64,000 nt of DNA from the NCBI GenBank assembly GCA_016184225.1, contig JACPDA010000004.1, positions 70,800-134,799 of the forward strand, in the 5' to 3' direction. Positions 29,025 through 36,984 of this stretch are shown here, piece by piece. A model generated the notes under the pieces. It was not told the origin of the DNA. It was given only the letters and a program-made list of their open reading frames with translations, and did no database searches. Positions within the stretch are counted from its first letter, which is position 1. Each line of letters starts with the position of its first letter. The position numbers and the translations under genes are program-made. The stretch comes from Candidatus Daviesbacteria bacterium. Lineage in GTDB: Bacteria > Patescibacteriota > Microgenomatia > Daviesbacterales > UBA10151.

Positions 29025-30035
29025 CTATTCTACTACCGACTTAGTCACTACAATTAACTTTTTAAGAAGATCTTTCTTTGCTGGTTCTTCTTCTCTAATC
29101 AAATTAATTTCATATTGCCTCAAGTTTTGAAGCTGATCAATTACTTTTTCAACATCTCTAAATAAGGGTGAAGCTACGTCAGGCTTTATAGTGGCTAATA
29201 AGTCCATTGCTGTTTCATATCCTTTATCCTTAAAGACTTTGGCTACTTCTTCATTAGAAAATATCTCTGGCAGATCTCTTACATCAATAGCCCTAGGAAT
29301 TCTTTCTTCCGCCACCCACCGACAAAAATCGTCTATTGAAAAAACTCTAGTTATTTCTAAATTGCGAACCTTCTTTTTGCCTACAAGCTCTACAAAATAG
29401 CTATATTTACTAACAGGATTATCTAAGTTATCTCCATACTTAGCTAAAAAGTGATCATGCATTATCTTAAATGCTGCTAAATCATTTTTTATTTCTGTCT
29501 CTTTACTTCTAGTCTCTCGTGCTAACCTTGCAGTGGGATAACCTTTTTGATTTAAGGTATATAAATATCTAGCTCTTTCATAAGGGTCCCATGGTTGTTT
29601 ACCGCCCAAGTGAAATTCGAGCCTAAGAAAAGCTATAACTTCCTCTGAAGTATCTGGGGGTAAAATTCGTGCTTCTATTGTCTGCCATTCAGTATCATGA
29701 GGGTACTTATCATATAACTCATCGAATATTAGTTTCCTGGTATTACCCTCTATGACTACATACTTCCCGTTTTTTTCAAAAACCCAGATTGGCTCAAGCA
29801 ACCCCGCTGTCTCTATAGACTCTTTGAGAGAATCATAGTTAGTTTTAGTTTTCACCCTTTGTCCAAGCTTTAATTTAGCCTGTGTTATTTCGTCGTCTTT
29901 TACTCCTCGTGCATACTCACTGTCAATTAAGAACTGGATTCTAGGATTTTCCTTATCTAACTCTATGAGTTCTAACGGAATTTTATGAAGGGGAGCTTTG
30001 CTTATAAGAGCTGTGAGGTATTTAGATTTACTCAT
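29025..30035 (-). CDS. ParB/Srx-fold protein of DGQHR/DUF262-like type (paralog B)
   Basis: ...VVIEGNTRKLIFDEL... plus the shared block KQPWDPYERARYLY. Confidence 0.45.
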   Translation of the reverse strand: MSKSKYLTALISKAPLHKIPLELIELDKENPRIQFLIDSEYARGVKDDEITQAKLKLGQRVKTKTNYDSLKESIETAGLLEPIWVFEKNGKYVVIEGNTRKLIFDELYDKYPHDTEWQTIEARILPPDTSEEVIAFLRLEFHLGGKQPWDPYERARYLYTLNQKGYPTARLARETRSKETEIKNDLAAFKIMHDHFLAKYGDNLDNPVSKYSYFVELVGKKKVRNLEITRVFSIDDFCRWVAEERIPRAIDVRDLPEIFSNEEVAKVFKDKGYETAMDLLATIKPDVASPLFRDVEKVIDQLQNLRQYEINLIREEEPAKKDLLKKLIVVTKSVVE

Positions 30036-30046
30036 AAGAATTCTTT

Positions 30047-31420
30047 TTATTTACGTTTACAAATGAGCAGGTATTCGTTAACTATATGGTTTCCTCGCCC
30101 ATTATGCTTAAAGCGAGATCCTTGGGCAGAGTGATTATAACCGTTCTTTTTATCTATGATCTCGTAATATTGACTGGCTATCTCTATTAGTTTATCGACG
30201 GGTTTCAATAAACTATTATCCGAATAGCTTATAGCCAAGGTTGCATCGGTGCTGGAAGATATTATACCAAACATTTCCTGAAATGCTTCTTCTACTTTGC
30301 TTGTATGGGAAAAGGAGGATTGATAACGATCATCTCTATAACCCCCCTTCACTGGTGTAGTTTTTGCCCGATCTAGAGTGAGCGTAGGATAATCATACCT
30401 AACCAAAGTCTCCGGGATATGGTAAAAGCGACTGTATTGTGCATTTGTGTAAGGAGGGTCAATATAAATTAGTTTCACCCCGTTTATTTCACCATCCTTG
30501 GCCATTTGTTTAACGAGATCTTTGTAATCATAATTATAAACTTTGTTTTCCCATCTTTTTTGAAGATAGACATTGCCAAAATCCAATAATTTATTTTGGA
30601 ACTCCGAGACAATCGATATGGCACGTTGCTTAAGTAATAAGTCTTGTGCGCTTAACGAATTTTGATTCAAATATTCTGCGAAGTGTCCACTACTATTGAC
30701 CGCCTTGCTCATGGCAAACATTAAACAACTTAGATACAGGGCTTGTTTGTCTTTGTCTGATATTTGATCTATTGCATATCGCAAACTATCTATTTCGGCG
30801 CACTGTTTAAGGCTAAAAAAGGTATTCGAGTAGTAGATGGCGAAGAGTAAATAGGGGAAGCTTTTTTTGGCAACCCTTCTTTTATCTATAAATTGTTTAC
30901 TAAAATAGGGTGCTAGTTTGTATTCATCGGAGGTAACGCCTCTGCCGTAAATGGGTATTTTGAGGAAGAACTTCTTGTACTCGTCAAAACTCCCCTTATT
31001 TACTAATCTTTGTTCATCTTCGATTGCTTTGCCAAATATATCAGTAAGCTGATCAAGATTTTTGTCGTAATACTTACTCAGAGTGTCATTAAAATCGTTT
31101 TCTCTAATTTGTTCATTAAATTGAAGTAGTGCCCTTGATATTACTGCGGAGTATCCTTGAATATCATTTGCAATAATTCTCGCCTTTGGCTTCATTGCGT
31201 ATCCAATTGAAGAAGTTCCAGCAAACAAGTCTAGCACTGTATCTCCTAAGTCTAAGTATTCCTCTAAGAGAGGTACTAACCAATTTAGTAGCCTTCTTTT
31301 ATTACCCATATATTTAAGGATTTGCATTTGAGGGTATTGACCGTATGAAAAGTTTTTAGCTAGTGAAACTTGTGGGAATAGTATTGCCTGTGGATATATA
31401 AAGGATGCCATTAGTTCCAT
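30047..31420 (-). CDS. D12-class (Dam-like) N6-adenine DNA methyltransferase with long inserted region
   Basis: YMGNKRRLL (D12 signature), motif I DLFAGTSS, motif IV IYIDPPY. Confidence 0.75.
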   Translation of the reverse strand: MELMASFIYPQAILFPQVSLAKNFSYGQYPQMQILKYMGNKRRLLNWLVPLLEEYLDLGDTVLDLFAGTSSIGYAMKPKARIIANDIQGYSAVISRALLQFNEQIRENDFNDTLSKYYDKNLDQLTDIFGKAIEDEQRLVNKGSFDEYKKFFLKIPIYGRGVTSDEYKLAPYFSKQFIDKRRVAKKSFPYLLFAIYYSNTFFSLKQCAEIDSLRYAIDQISDKDKQALYLSCLMFAMSKAVNSSGHFAEYLNQNSLSAQDLLLKQRAISIVSEFQNKLLDFGNVYLQKRWENKVYNYDYKDLVKQMAKDGEINGVKLIYIDPPYTNAQYSRFYHIPETLVRYDYPTLTLDRAKTTPVKGGYRDDRYQSSFSHTSKVEEAFQEMFGIISSSTDATLAISYSDNSLLKPVDKLIEIASQYYEIIDKKNGYNHSAQGSRFKHNGRGNHIVNEYLLICKRK

Positions 31421-31524
31421 GATAGCATGTATGGTGACTTAGTGAACATTAAAATACAATAAAACTGGTAAAATACAAGCCACCCAACATTTCGGGTAAA
31501 CTGTCTTTAAACATTAAAATTATC

Positions 31525-32502
31525 ATGAAAATAACGATATTTGATAATTTGTTTATCTTCCCTCATCGGGCAAAAGTTGTTAGCCTGGAAACAAAGAACT
31601 TCTTACATTTTTTGCTTGAAGATGAATACTTCCAAAACGAACAGAAGCAATTGAGAGAAAAATATGGCATTCCGAAAGACGGCTATCCACTTGATAAGCT
31701 TTACAAGGCGGTTGAAATCATAGACGAAGTGCCTGAGGGGCTAAGTGTTGAAAAGATGGATGAATTCCATAGATTCCTTTATGAAATTGATAGCTCTGAT
31801 GAAGTTATTTTTGCTCCGGAGGATAAAGCAGCAGTGATAGACAAAAATAAAGTGAAGCTGGATACATTTTATAGCTCACTTAATAAAACAGAACGATTAG
31901 CTTTTGAAGTGTATCTCAAGAAGTACAAAGCAAGAAAAGAAAATAATAGTAAGTATAGCAACCATAAAGAAGAGTTTAGCATTCATGCATTTATGAAGCA
32001 GATGGAAAATGATTTAGACAGGCTTGCTACTTACTATAATCTCCCTTCACATTTTGATACACAGTTTTTCCTGCTTATTGCTTTTAATGCGCTTCGAGAT
32101 ATCAGGCCGCAGCCATTCCTCTTTATGACAACCAATAGGATGACCATTAGGGATCTTCTCGAGGCGGTGCCGAAAAGCAAAGAGCCAATTGGCGCTTTGA
32201 TCGTATATGAACAGGTTACGAAAAATCAACTTACCAAATGGATTGAGAATAACTGGAAGATTCTAAAAGACCTCATGCAAGAGCTACCCAAAGTCTCATT
32301 TCCCAAAAGCACAATGCTTGATATTTCAAAAGAGATCGCTGACCTTCGAGATAGAAAACATAAGCTCTTTCGAGAAATTGCATCGGATCTTACAGACAAG
32401 TATCCCGACGACATGCGGGTTACTGATGAAACATGGGTAAAAGAAACATATAGACGATATAAGAATCGATTGCGAGCCTTCACAAAAAATAAGCAACAAT
32501 AA
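31525..32502 (+). CDS. hypothetical protein (island, plus-strand module)
   Basis: 325 aa; no motifs recognised. Confidence 0.35.
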   Translation: MKITIFDNLFIFPHRAKVVSLETKNFLHFLLEDEYFQNEQKQLREKYGIPKDGYPLDKLYKAVEIIDEVPEGLSVEKMDEFHRFLYEIDSSDEVIFAPEDKAAVIDKNKVKLDTFYSSLNKTERLAFEVYLKKYKARKENNSKYSNHKEEFSIHAFMKQMENDLDRLATYYNLPSHFDTQFFLLIAFNALRDIRPQPFLFMTTNRMTIRDLLEAVPKSKEPIGALIVYEQVTKNQLTKWIENNWKILKDLMQELPKVSFPKSTMLDISKEIADLRDRKHKLFREIASDLTDKYPDDMRVTDETWVKETYRRYKNRLRAFTKNKQQ

Positions 32503-32547
32503 GTTACCAAACCCGTTGTTTCCCGAATTCATTGTTTCCCAAACATC

Positions 32548-32850
32548 TTGTTATTTTTGCCTCTTTGTATCTGTGATAGCGTGCTTGGTAACATGAGCAT
32601 TAGCAAAGATTTTCCTCGCAACCTTTTTGCCACCTATGATATTGGGCTCTCTTCTGTATTGCTTAGTTTAGGTTTTGCTTTAGATTCTCTTGATAAAACC
32701 AATCCTCAAAAAGTTCAGTTTATCTTCCAAAAAAATAAGGGTTTAGCTGAAGCGATCCAAGCGTATTGGGCTAAAAGATTAACCCTTGAACCGCAGACAC
32801 TCTTGGCAAATCTCAAACTTTTAAAGAACAGGTTGTATTCAGATGAATAG
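32548..32850 (+). CDS. hypothetical small protein
   Basis: 100 aa; start overlaps the next ORF. Confidence 0.3.
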   Translation: MLFLPLCICDSVLGNMSISKDFPRNLFATYDIGLSSVLLSLGFALDSLDKTNPQKVQFIFQKNKGLAEAIQAYWAKRLTLEPQTLLANLKLLKNRLYSDE

Positions 32851-33028
32851 CTATGGCACGAAGGGCTGGCTAAATGAAGATCTTAAAAAAGAGATTAAGA
32901 AGGTTTTTGAGCCTCGTTATAAGAGATCCTTAACTGATGAGGAGGTAACTGTGATAGCCGAAAACCTGACAGAGGTTATGGAGGCCTTTTTGAAGATGAA
33001 ATGGAAACAAAAATATGGACAACCTTGA
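32843..33028 (+). CDS. hypothetical small protein
   Basis: 61 aa; translationally coupled overlaps on both sides. Confidence 0.25.
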   Translation: MNSYGTKGWLNEDLKKEIKKVFEPRYKRSLTDEEVTVIAENLTEVMEAFLKMKWKQKYGQP

Positions 33029-33377
33029 ACTTAATATTAATATCACCGGATTCTCAGTTGAAGTAAAACCGGTCATACGCCAAGACAATATCAAGGCCTT
33101 TGTGACCTGGATATTCTTAACAGAGTCAGGAGTAGTTAAGGTATATGGAGGCACCATCCGGATAAAACCATTCGGCAAAGACAATAAACTGATATTAACT
33201 TATGAACCGCCGGCTATAAAGACCAGGGGCGGCTACATCAAGGCTATGTTTATTGAAGATAAGCAGCTGTTTAAAACGCTCTGTGACTACACTATTAATT
33301 TGTACTGCAAGCTAACCGGCGAAGTAAGAGGAATACTATCGCCAGAAGATGTTAACATCGACGAGATACCTATCTAG
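33015..33377 (+). CDS. hypothetical protein, SpoVG-like fold?
   Basis: ...IKAFVTWIFLTESGVVKVYGGTIRIKPFGKDNKLIL... resembles the SpoVG pattern; weak. Confidence 0.3.
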   Translation: MDNLELNINITGFSVEVKPVIRQDNIKAFVTWIFLTESGVVKVYGGTIRIKPFGKDNKLILTYEPPAIKTRGGYIKAMFIEDKQLFKTLCDYTINLYCKLTGEVRGILSPEDVNIDEIPI

Positions 33378-33476
33378 CCATATAGTAACAATAGATAACT
33401 ATATAGTTACTGGTATCAATATAGTAACAAGAGTTAGTATCCAGTAAGGAGTAACTATACTTAAGTTAAGATCAAT
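33378..33476 (+). promoter_or_regulatory. cluster of four TATAGTWAC 9-mers (three direct, one inverted) immediately upstream of the serine recombinase gene; candidate recombinase binding / crossover site or operator
   Basis: tatagtaac (33381-33389), tatagttac (33403-33411), tatagtaac (33420-33428), gtaactata (33451-33459). Confidence 0.4.
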
Positions 33477-35033
33477 ATGAATATAAACGGCGAGCAATTA
33501 AAATATTTTATCTACTGTAGAAAATCCTCGGATGATGAGGATAGGCAAATTTTGTCAATCGAGAGCCAAATAAGAGAGCTTAAAGAGTACGCACTAAAGT
33601 ATAATTTACAAGTAGTAGATATATTAACTGAGAGTAAAAGCGCACATTATCCCGGGCGTGAGGTATTTGATGAGATGTTAGTGCATATTAAAAGTGGCGA
33701 GGCTAATGGTTTGCTGGTTTGGCATGCTAACCGTATTGCCCGCAACTCAAAAGATGGTGGTGAGGTTATCTGGCTTATGGATAGTGGAGTAATTGCGCAA
33801 ATTGATACCCCCGGTAAGCAGTATCTCAATACTCCTGATGATAAGTTTTATTTAAGTTTAGAGTTCAGTATGGCTAAAAAGTCATCGGATGATTTAAGTG
33901 TTGTAGTTAAGCGAGGTATAAGACAAAAATATGAGCGCGGTGAATATCCCAACTTTGCCCCTATTGGTTACATCAATACAAAAATAAATGGAGTAACTAA
34001 TATCTCCCCTGATCCGGAGCGCAAAGATTTGGTTATTAAACTCTTTAACGAATACTCAACCGGCAAGTATTCTCTTGGTCAAATGGCTGAACTGATATTC
34101 ACCTGGGGACTTCGGACCCGCAGAGGTAAGCCTGTTAGTAAATCGCATCTCCACCGGATCCTTAAAAATCCGATATATTACGGTGTTTATGAACATGCAG
34201 GAGAGTTACACAATGGAACATACGAACCTCTTATCTCAAAACGTCTGTTTGATGATCTACAGGTAGTCTTACATAATAAGGCCAAGCCGAAAAAGATTAA
34301 CAACGACTGGCCATATGCTGCGCTTTTGAAATGCGGATGCGGATGCGGAGCTTCAATCATCTTTGAAACCAAGCGCAAGTATTATAAGAAGACTGACCGC
34401 TGGGCAGAATATACTTATGCCCGCTCAAGTAAAAGGTGTAGTAAGTGTACTCAAAAGGGAATAGATCTGGCTGAACTTGAGCGTCAGCTGGATGAAAAAA
34501 TTGCCCCTGTTACTATTGATGAAGAAACATGGCGTTTAGGTATTAAACTGCTCAATACCAAGTATGAATCAGAGGCAAAGCAACGGGCACAGGTGGTGGA
34601 AAGCCGGCAAAGGCAGTATCAAAGGTTACAAGGCGAGCTGGATGGCTATTTCAAGATGCGGGCCCGGGAGGAAATGACTGCTGATGAGTTTACCACCAGG
34701 AAAAAGGCCATCTTTGATGAGCAGGCAAAATTAAAAGAAAAAATAGATGACGGATTAAACGGCCAGCGCAGCTGGTTGGAACTTGCTGAAGATTTCTTTA
34801 CAACAGCCTATCAGGCACGGGAGATGCTAAATAGTGATGATTTAGAGGCAAAACGCAGGGCAGTTGCAAAGATCGGTTGGAACGTCTTGCTAAAAGACGA
34901 AAAGCTTGTCTGGACGTACCAAAAGCCTTATGACATACTGCTTAAACCTCAATACCGTTCTGACCTGCGGAGGCGGCAGGATTCGAACCTGCGAGCCCTT
35001 TCGAGCCAATGGTTTTCAAGACCATCTCCATAA
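33477..35033 (+). CDS. large serine recombinase (resolvase catalytic domain + recombinase domain + zinc ribbon)
   Basis: YCRKSSDDEDRQILSIESQ (nucleophile Ser), ...LLVWHANRIARN..., CGCGCGASI...C zinc ribbon; the last roughly 22 codons run into the tRNA-Ser on the opposite strand. Confidence 0.85.
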   Translation: MNINGEQLKYFIYCRKSSDDEDRQILSIESQIRELKEYALKYNLQVVDILTESKSAHYPGREVFDEMLVHIKSGEANGLLVWHANRIARNSKDGGEVIWLMDSGVIAQIDTPGKQYLNTPDDKFYLSLEFSMAKKSSDDLSVVVKRGIRQKYERGEYPNFAPIGYINTKINGVTNISPDPERKDLVIKLFNEYSTGKYSLGQMAELIFTWGLRTRRGKPVSKSHLHRILKNPIYYGVYEHAGELHNGTYEPLISKRLFDDLQVVLHNKAKPKKINNDWPYAALLKCGCGCGASIIFETKRKYYKKTDRWAEYTYARSSKRCSKCTQKGIDLAELERQLDEKIAPVTIDEETWRLGIKLLNTKYESEAKQRAQVVESRQRQYQRLQGELDGYFKMRAREEMTADEFTTRKKAIFDEQAKLKEKIDDGLNGQRSWLELAEDFFTTAYQAREMLNSDDLEAKRRAVAKIGWNVLLKDEKLVWTYQKPYDILLKPQYRSDLRRRQDSNLRALSSQWFSRPSP

Positions 35034-35052
35034 ACCGCTCGGACACGCCTCC
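34968..35052 (-). tRNA. tRNA-Ser (anticodon UGA)
   Basis: GGAGGCG acceptor; ATGGT-CTTGAAA-ACCAT; long variable arm GGCTCGAAAGGGCTCG; GCAGG-TTCGAAT-CCTGC. Confidence 0.7.
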
Positions 35053-35057
35053 TTAAG

Positions 35058-35141
35058 CGGTGGGTACAGGATTCGAACCTGTGTGACATTTCTGCCAGCA
35101 GTTTAGCGAACTGCCCCCTTAAGCCACTCGGGCAACCCACC
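35058..35141 (-). tRNA. tRNA-Ser (anticodon GCU)
   Basis: GGTGGGT acceptor; GCAGT-TCGCTAA-ACTGC; long variable arm; CAGG-TTCGAAT-CCTG. Confidence 0.7.
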
Positions 35142-35221
35142 AGCTTGCCTCATTTTACCAGAACCCAGTTTATATCTCCATTAGTTACATAACTTGATAC
35201 GGCCGTTGCATGTTATGTAAA

Positions 35222-35959
35222 CTACCGAGCCAAAGTTAGGGCCCAGACTTTTTTGGCTCCGTTTCTTTTCAGCACATAAGCGCATTCTCTAAGGGTTGAA
35301 CCGGTGGTCCAGACGTCATCGATAAGAAGGGTATAGGGTACAGGGTTTAGGGTATAGTCGGGAGAAATCTCAAAAGCATCTTTGATGTTTTGATGACGGC
35401 CAAAACCTTTTAATTTTACCTGGGACTTGGTATAACGAGTGCGTTTTAAACCGTCACAGTAGGCTAAACCTATTTTTTTGGATAAAATTTGTCCAATGAG
35501 TGAAGACTGGTTAAAACCCCTGTCATTACCCCTCCACCAGTGCAGTGGTACAGGGATAATAGTCCATCCTACTCCCTTATCCTTACTAATCTGATCTAAA
35601 ACAAACGGTTGATATTTAACCCAATATTCCACCAGGATATCCACCAAAGTTTCCACCAAACCACTAACCCTGCCATATTTCAACTGTTTAATAGCCTCCC
35701 TTAACGAACCTTGATAGATCCCTAAACTCCACAGTCCATCTAAACCAAACTTTCTTTTGCAAATCGGGTGAGTTTGACCTCCAACAGCCAGCTTTTCACA
35801 CTTGGGACAAACCAAATCTGTTTGCAAGATATTAGAAATGCAATCTTTACAAAAGTAAGTATCTAATTTCTTACAACCAACACACCTTTTGGGGAATAAA
35901 AGGTCCAATAAAAAGTTCATAGTTCGTAGTTCAGAGTTTATAGTAGAACAACTAATCAC
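35222..35959 (-). CDS. comFC: ComF family protein (double zinc ribbon + phosphoribosyltransferase domain)
   Basis: CxxC...CxxC pairs at the N-terminus; PRTase motif LLIDDVWTTGSTL. Confidence 0.75.
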   Translation of the reverse strand: MISCSTINSELRTMNFLLDLLFPKRCVGCKKLDTYFCKDCISNILQTDLVCPKCEKLAVGGQTHPICKRKFGLDGLWSLGIYQGSLREAIKQLKYGRVSGLVETLVDILVEYWVKYQPFVLDQISKDKGVGWTIIPVPLHWWRGNDRGFNQSSLIGQILSKKIGLAYCDGLKRTRYTKSQVKLKGFGRHQNIKDAFEISPDYTLNPVPYTLLIDDVWTTGSTLRECAYVLKRNGAKKVWALTLAR

Positions 35960-35971
35960 TAATAACTACCC

Positions 35972-36002
35972 ACTAATCACTAAAAAACCCGCCGGAAAGC
36001 GG
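35972..36002 (-). terminator. rho-independent terminator after ssrA
   Basis: Minus strand reads AAAACCCGCTTTCCGGCGGGTTTTTT: a GC stem followed by a U-tract. Confidence 0.55.
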
Positions 36003-36010
36003 GTTTTTAA

Positions 36011-36425
36011 TGGTGGAGATGTCGGCTGTGAGCCGAGTCCAAAATTGTGACTAAAAAAACTTCTACAAGCTTAGCTAATTAATTTTTATTCATTAGTTGT
36101 AACCAATTAGCAGGAAAACTAATGAATGATCAAACTTATCTTTAAGTTAATACTGATCGATCAAAATTGTATTAACAGCATCCTGACTGGGTACATACTT
36201 TAGGTTCTAGCCAGAAAAAGAATTCCTAAAATAGATGCTTTAAGCTACTGCAAATCTGGGAGCGTAAGCTGAACCAAAAAGGTCAGCTACGATACCAGCA
36301 GCCATTGCTTTGGCATCACGGACAAGTTTATTGCCGTTTGTGTTTTGAAACAATATTTAACGCTTAATGTTTCCTAAGCGGCTTGCAGTTTTTAAAGAGC
36401 AATCCTGTCGAAACTATACATCCCC
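36011..36425 (-). ncRNA. ssrA: tmRNA (ssrA), about 415 nt
   Basis: 5' end GGGGATGTATAGTTTCGACAGGATTGC (canonical GGGGCUGAUUCUGGAUUCGACGGGAUUUGCG); 3' end ...TCGG-CTCACAG-CCGA-CATCTCC-A-CCA; adjacent to smpB; open tag frame ending ...YAPRFAVA-TAA. Confidence 0.65.
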
Positions 36426-36463
36426 AGGACTGTATATTACCACAACTTAAAGCTAAAAGCAAA

Positions 36464-36910
36464 TTACTCCTTCCCTCTTAACTCCTGCTCCACTCTGCGG
36501 GCATGGTCTTTTTCTTTAAGGATCTTCCTATGGTCAAATTCTTTCTTAGATTTGGCCAAGCCTACTTCTACCTTAAACCGGTTATTTTTCTCATACATAG
36601 ATACCGGCACTAAAGTCACACTTTTCCCGGAGACTTTTCCAATCAATGAGTTAATTTGATCTTTATGAAGCAATAACTTCCTGGACCTTTGGGCATCATA
36701 TTCTTTATCCGCAGCTTGATTATACCGGGGGATATTGGCATTTATCAAAAACGCTTCCCCATTCAGCACCCTGATATGGCTCTCTCCCAGATCTAATCTG
36801 CCGGCCCTGATGGATTTGACTTCAGCACCTGAAAGCACTATCCCAGCCTCTATATGTTCGAGAATGTGATAATTATGAAGGGCTTTTTTGTTAATAATGC
36901 GCATAGTCAT
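36464..36910 (-). CDS. smpB: SsrA-binding protein
   Basis: ...LSGAEVKSIRAGRLDLGESHIRV... with the C-terminal basic tail. Confidence 0.9.
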   Translation of the reverse strand: MTMRIINKKALHNYHILEHIEAGIVLSGAEVKSIRAGRLDLGESHIRVLNGEAFLINANIPRYNQAADKEYDAQRSRKLLLHKDQINSLIGKVSGKSVTLVPVSMYEKNNRFKVEVGLAKSKKEFDHRKILKEKDHARRVEQELRGKE

Positions 36911-36984
36911 CAGTCTTCAGCTTTCAGCTATCAGACTTGTTTTATTATACCAGTCTGATAGCTGACGACTGATAGCTGACGACT
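36907..36984. repeat. TCAG/CTGA-rich palindromic intergenic repeat (copy 2 of 3), spanning exactly from the upstream stop codon to the smpB start codon
   Basis: cagctatcagact / agtctgatagctg form a perfect 13-bp inverted repeat around the loop tgttttattatac; extended imperfect arms. Confidence 0.5.

Noticed and set aside
34906-35140. ORF-track entries 34906-35106 (+) and 34949-35140 (-)
   Set aside because: They are read through tRNA-Ser(UGA) and tRNA-Ser(GCU) and are artefacts.
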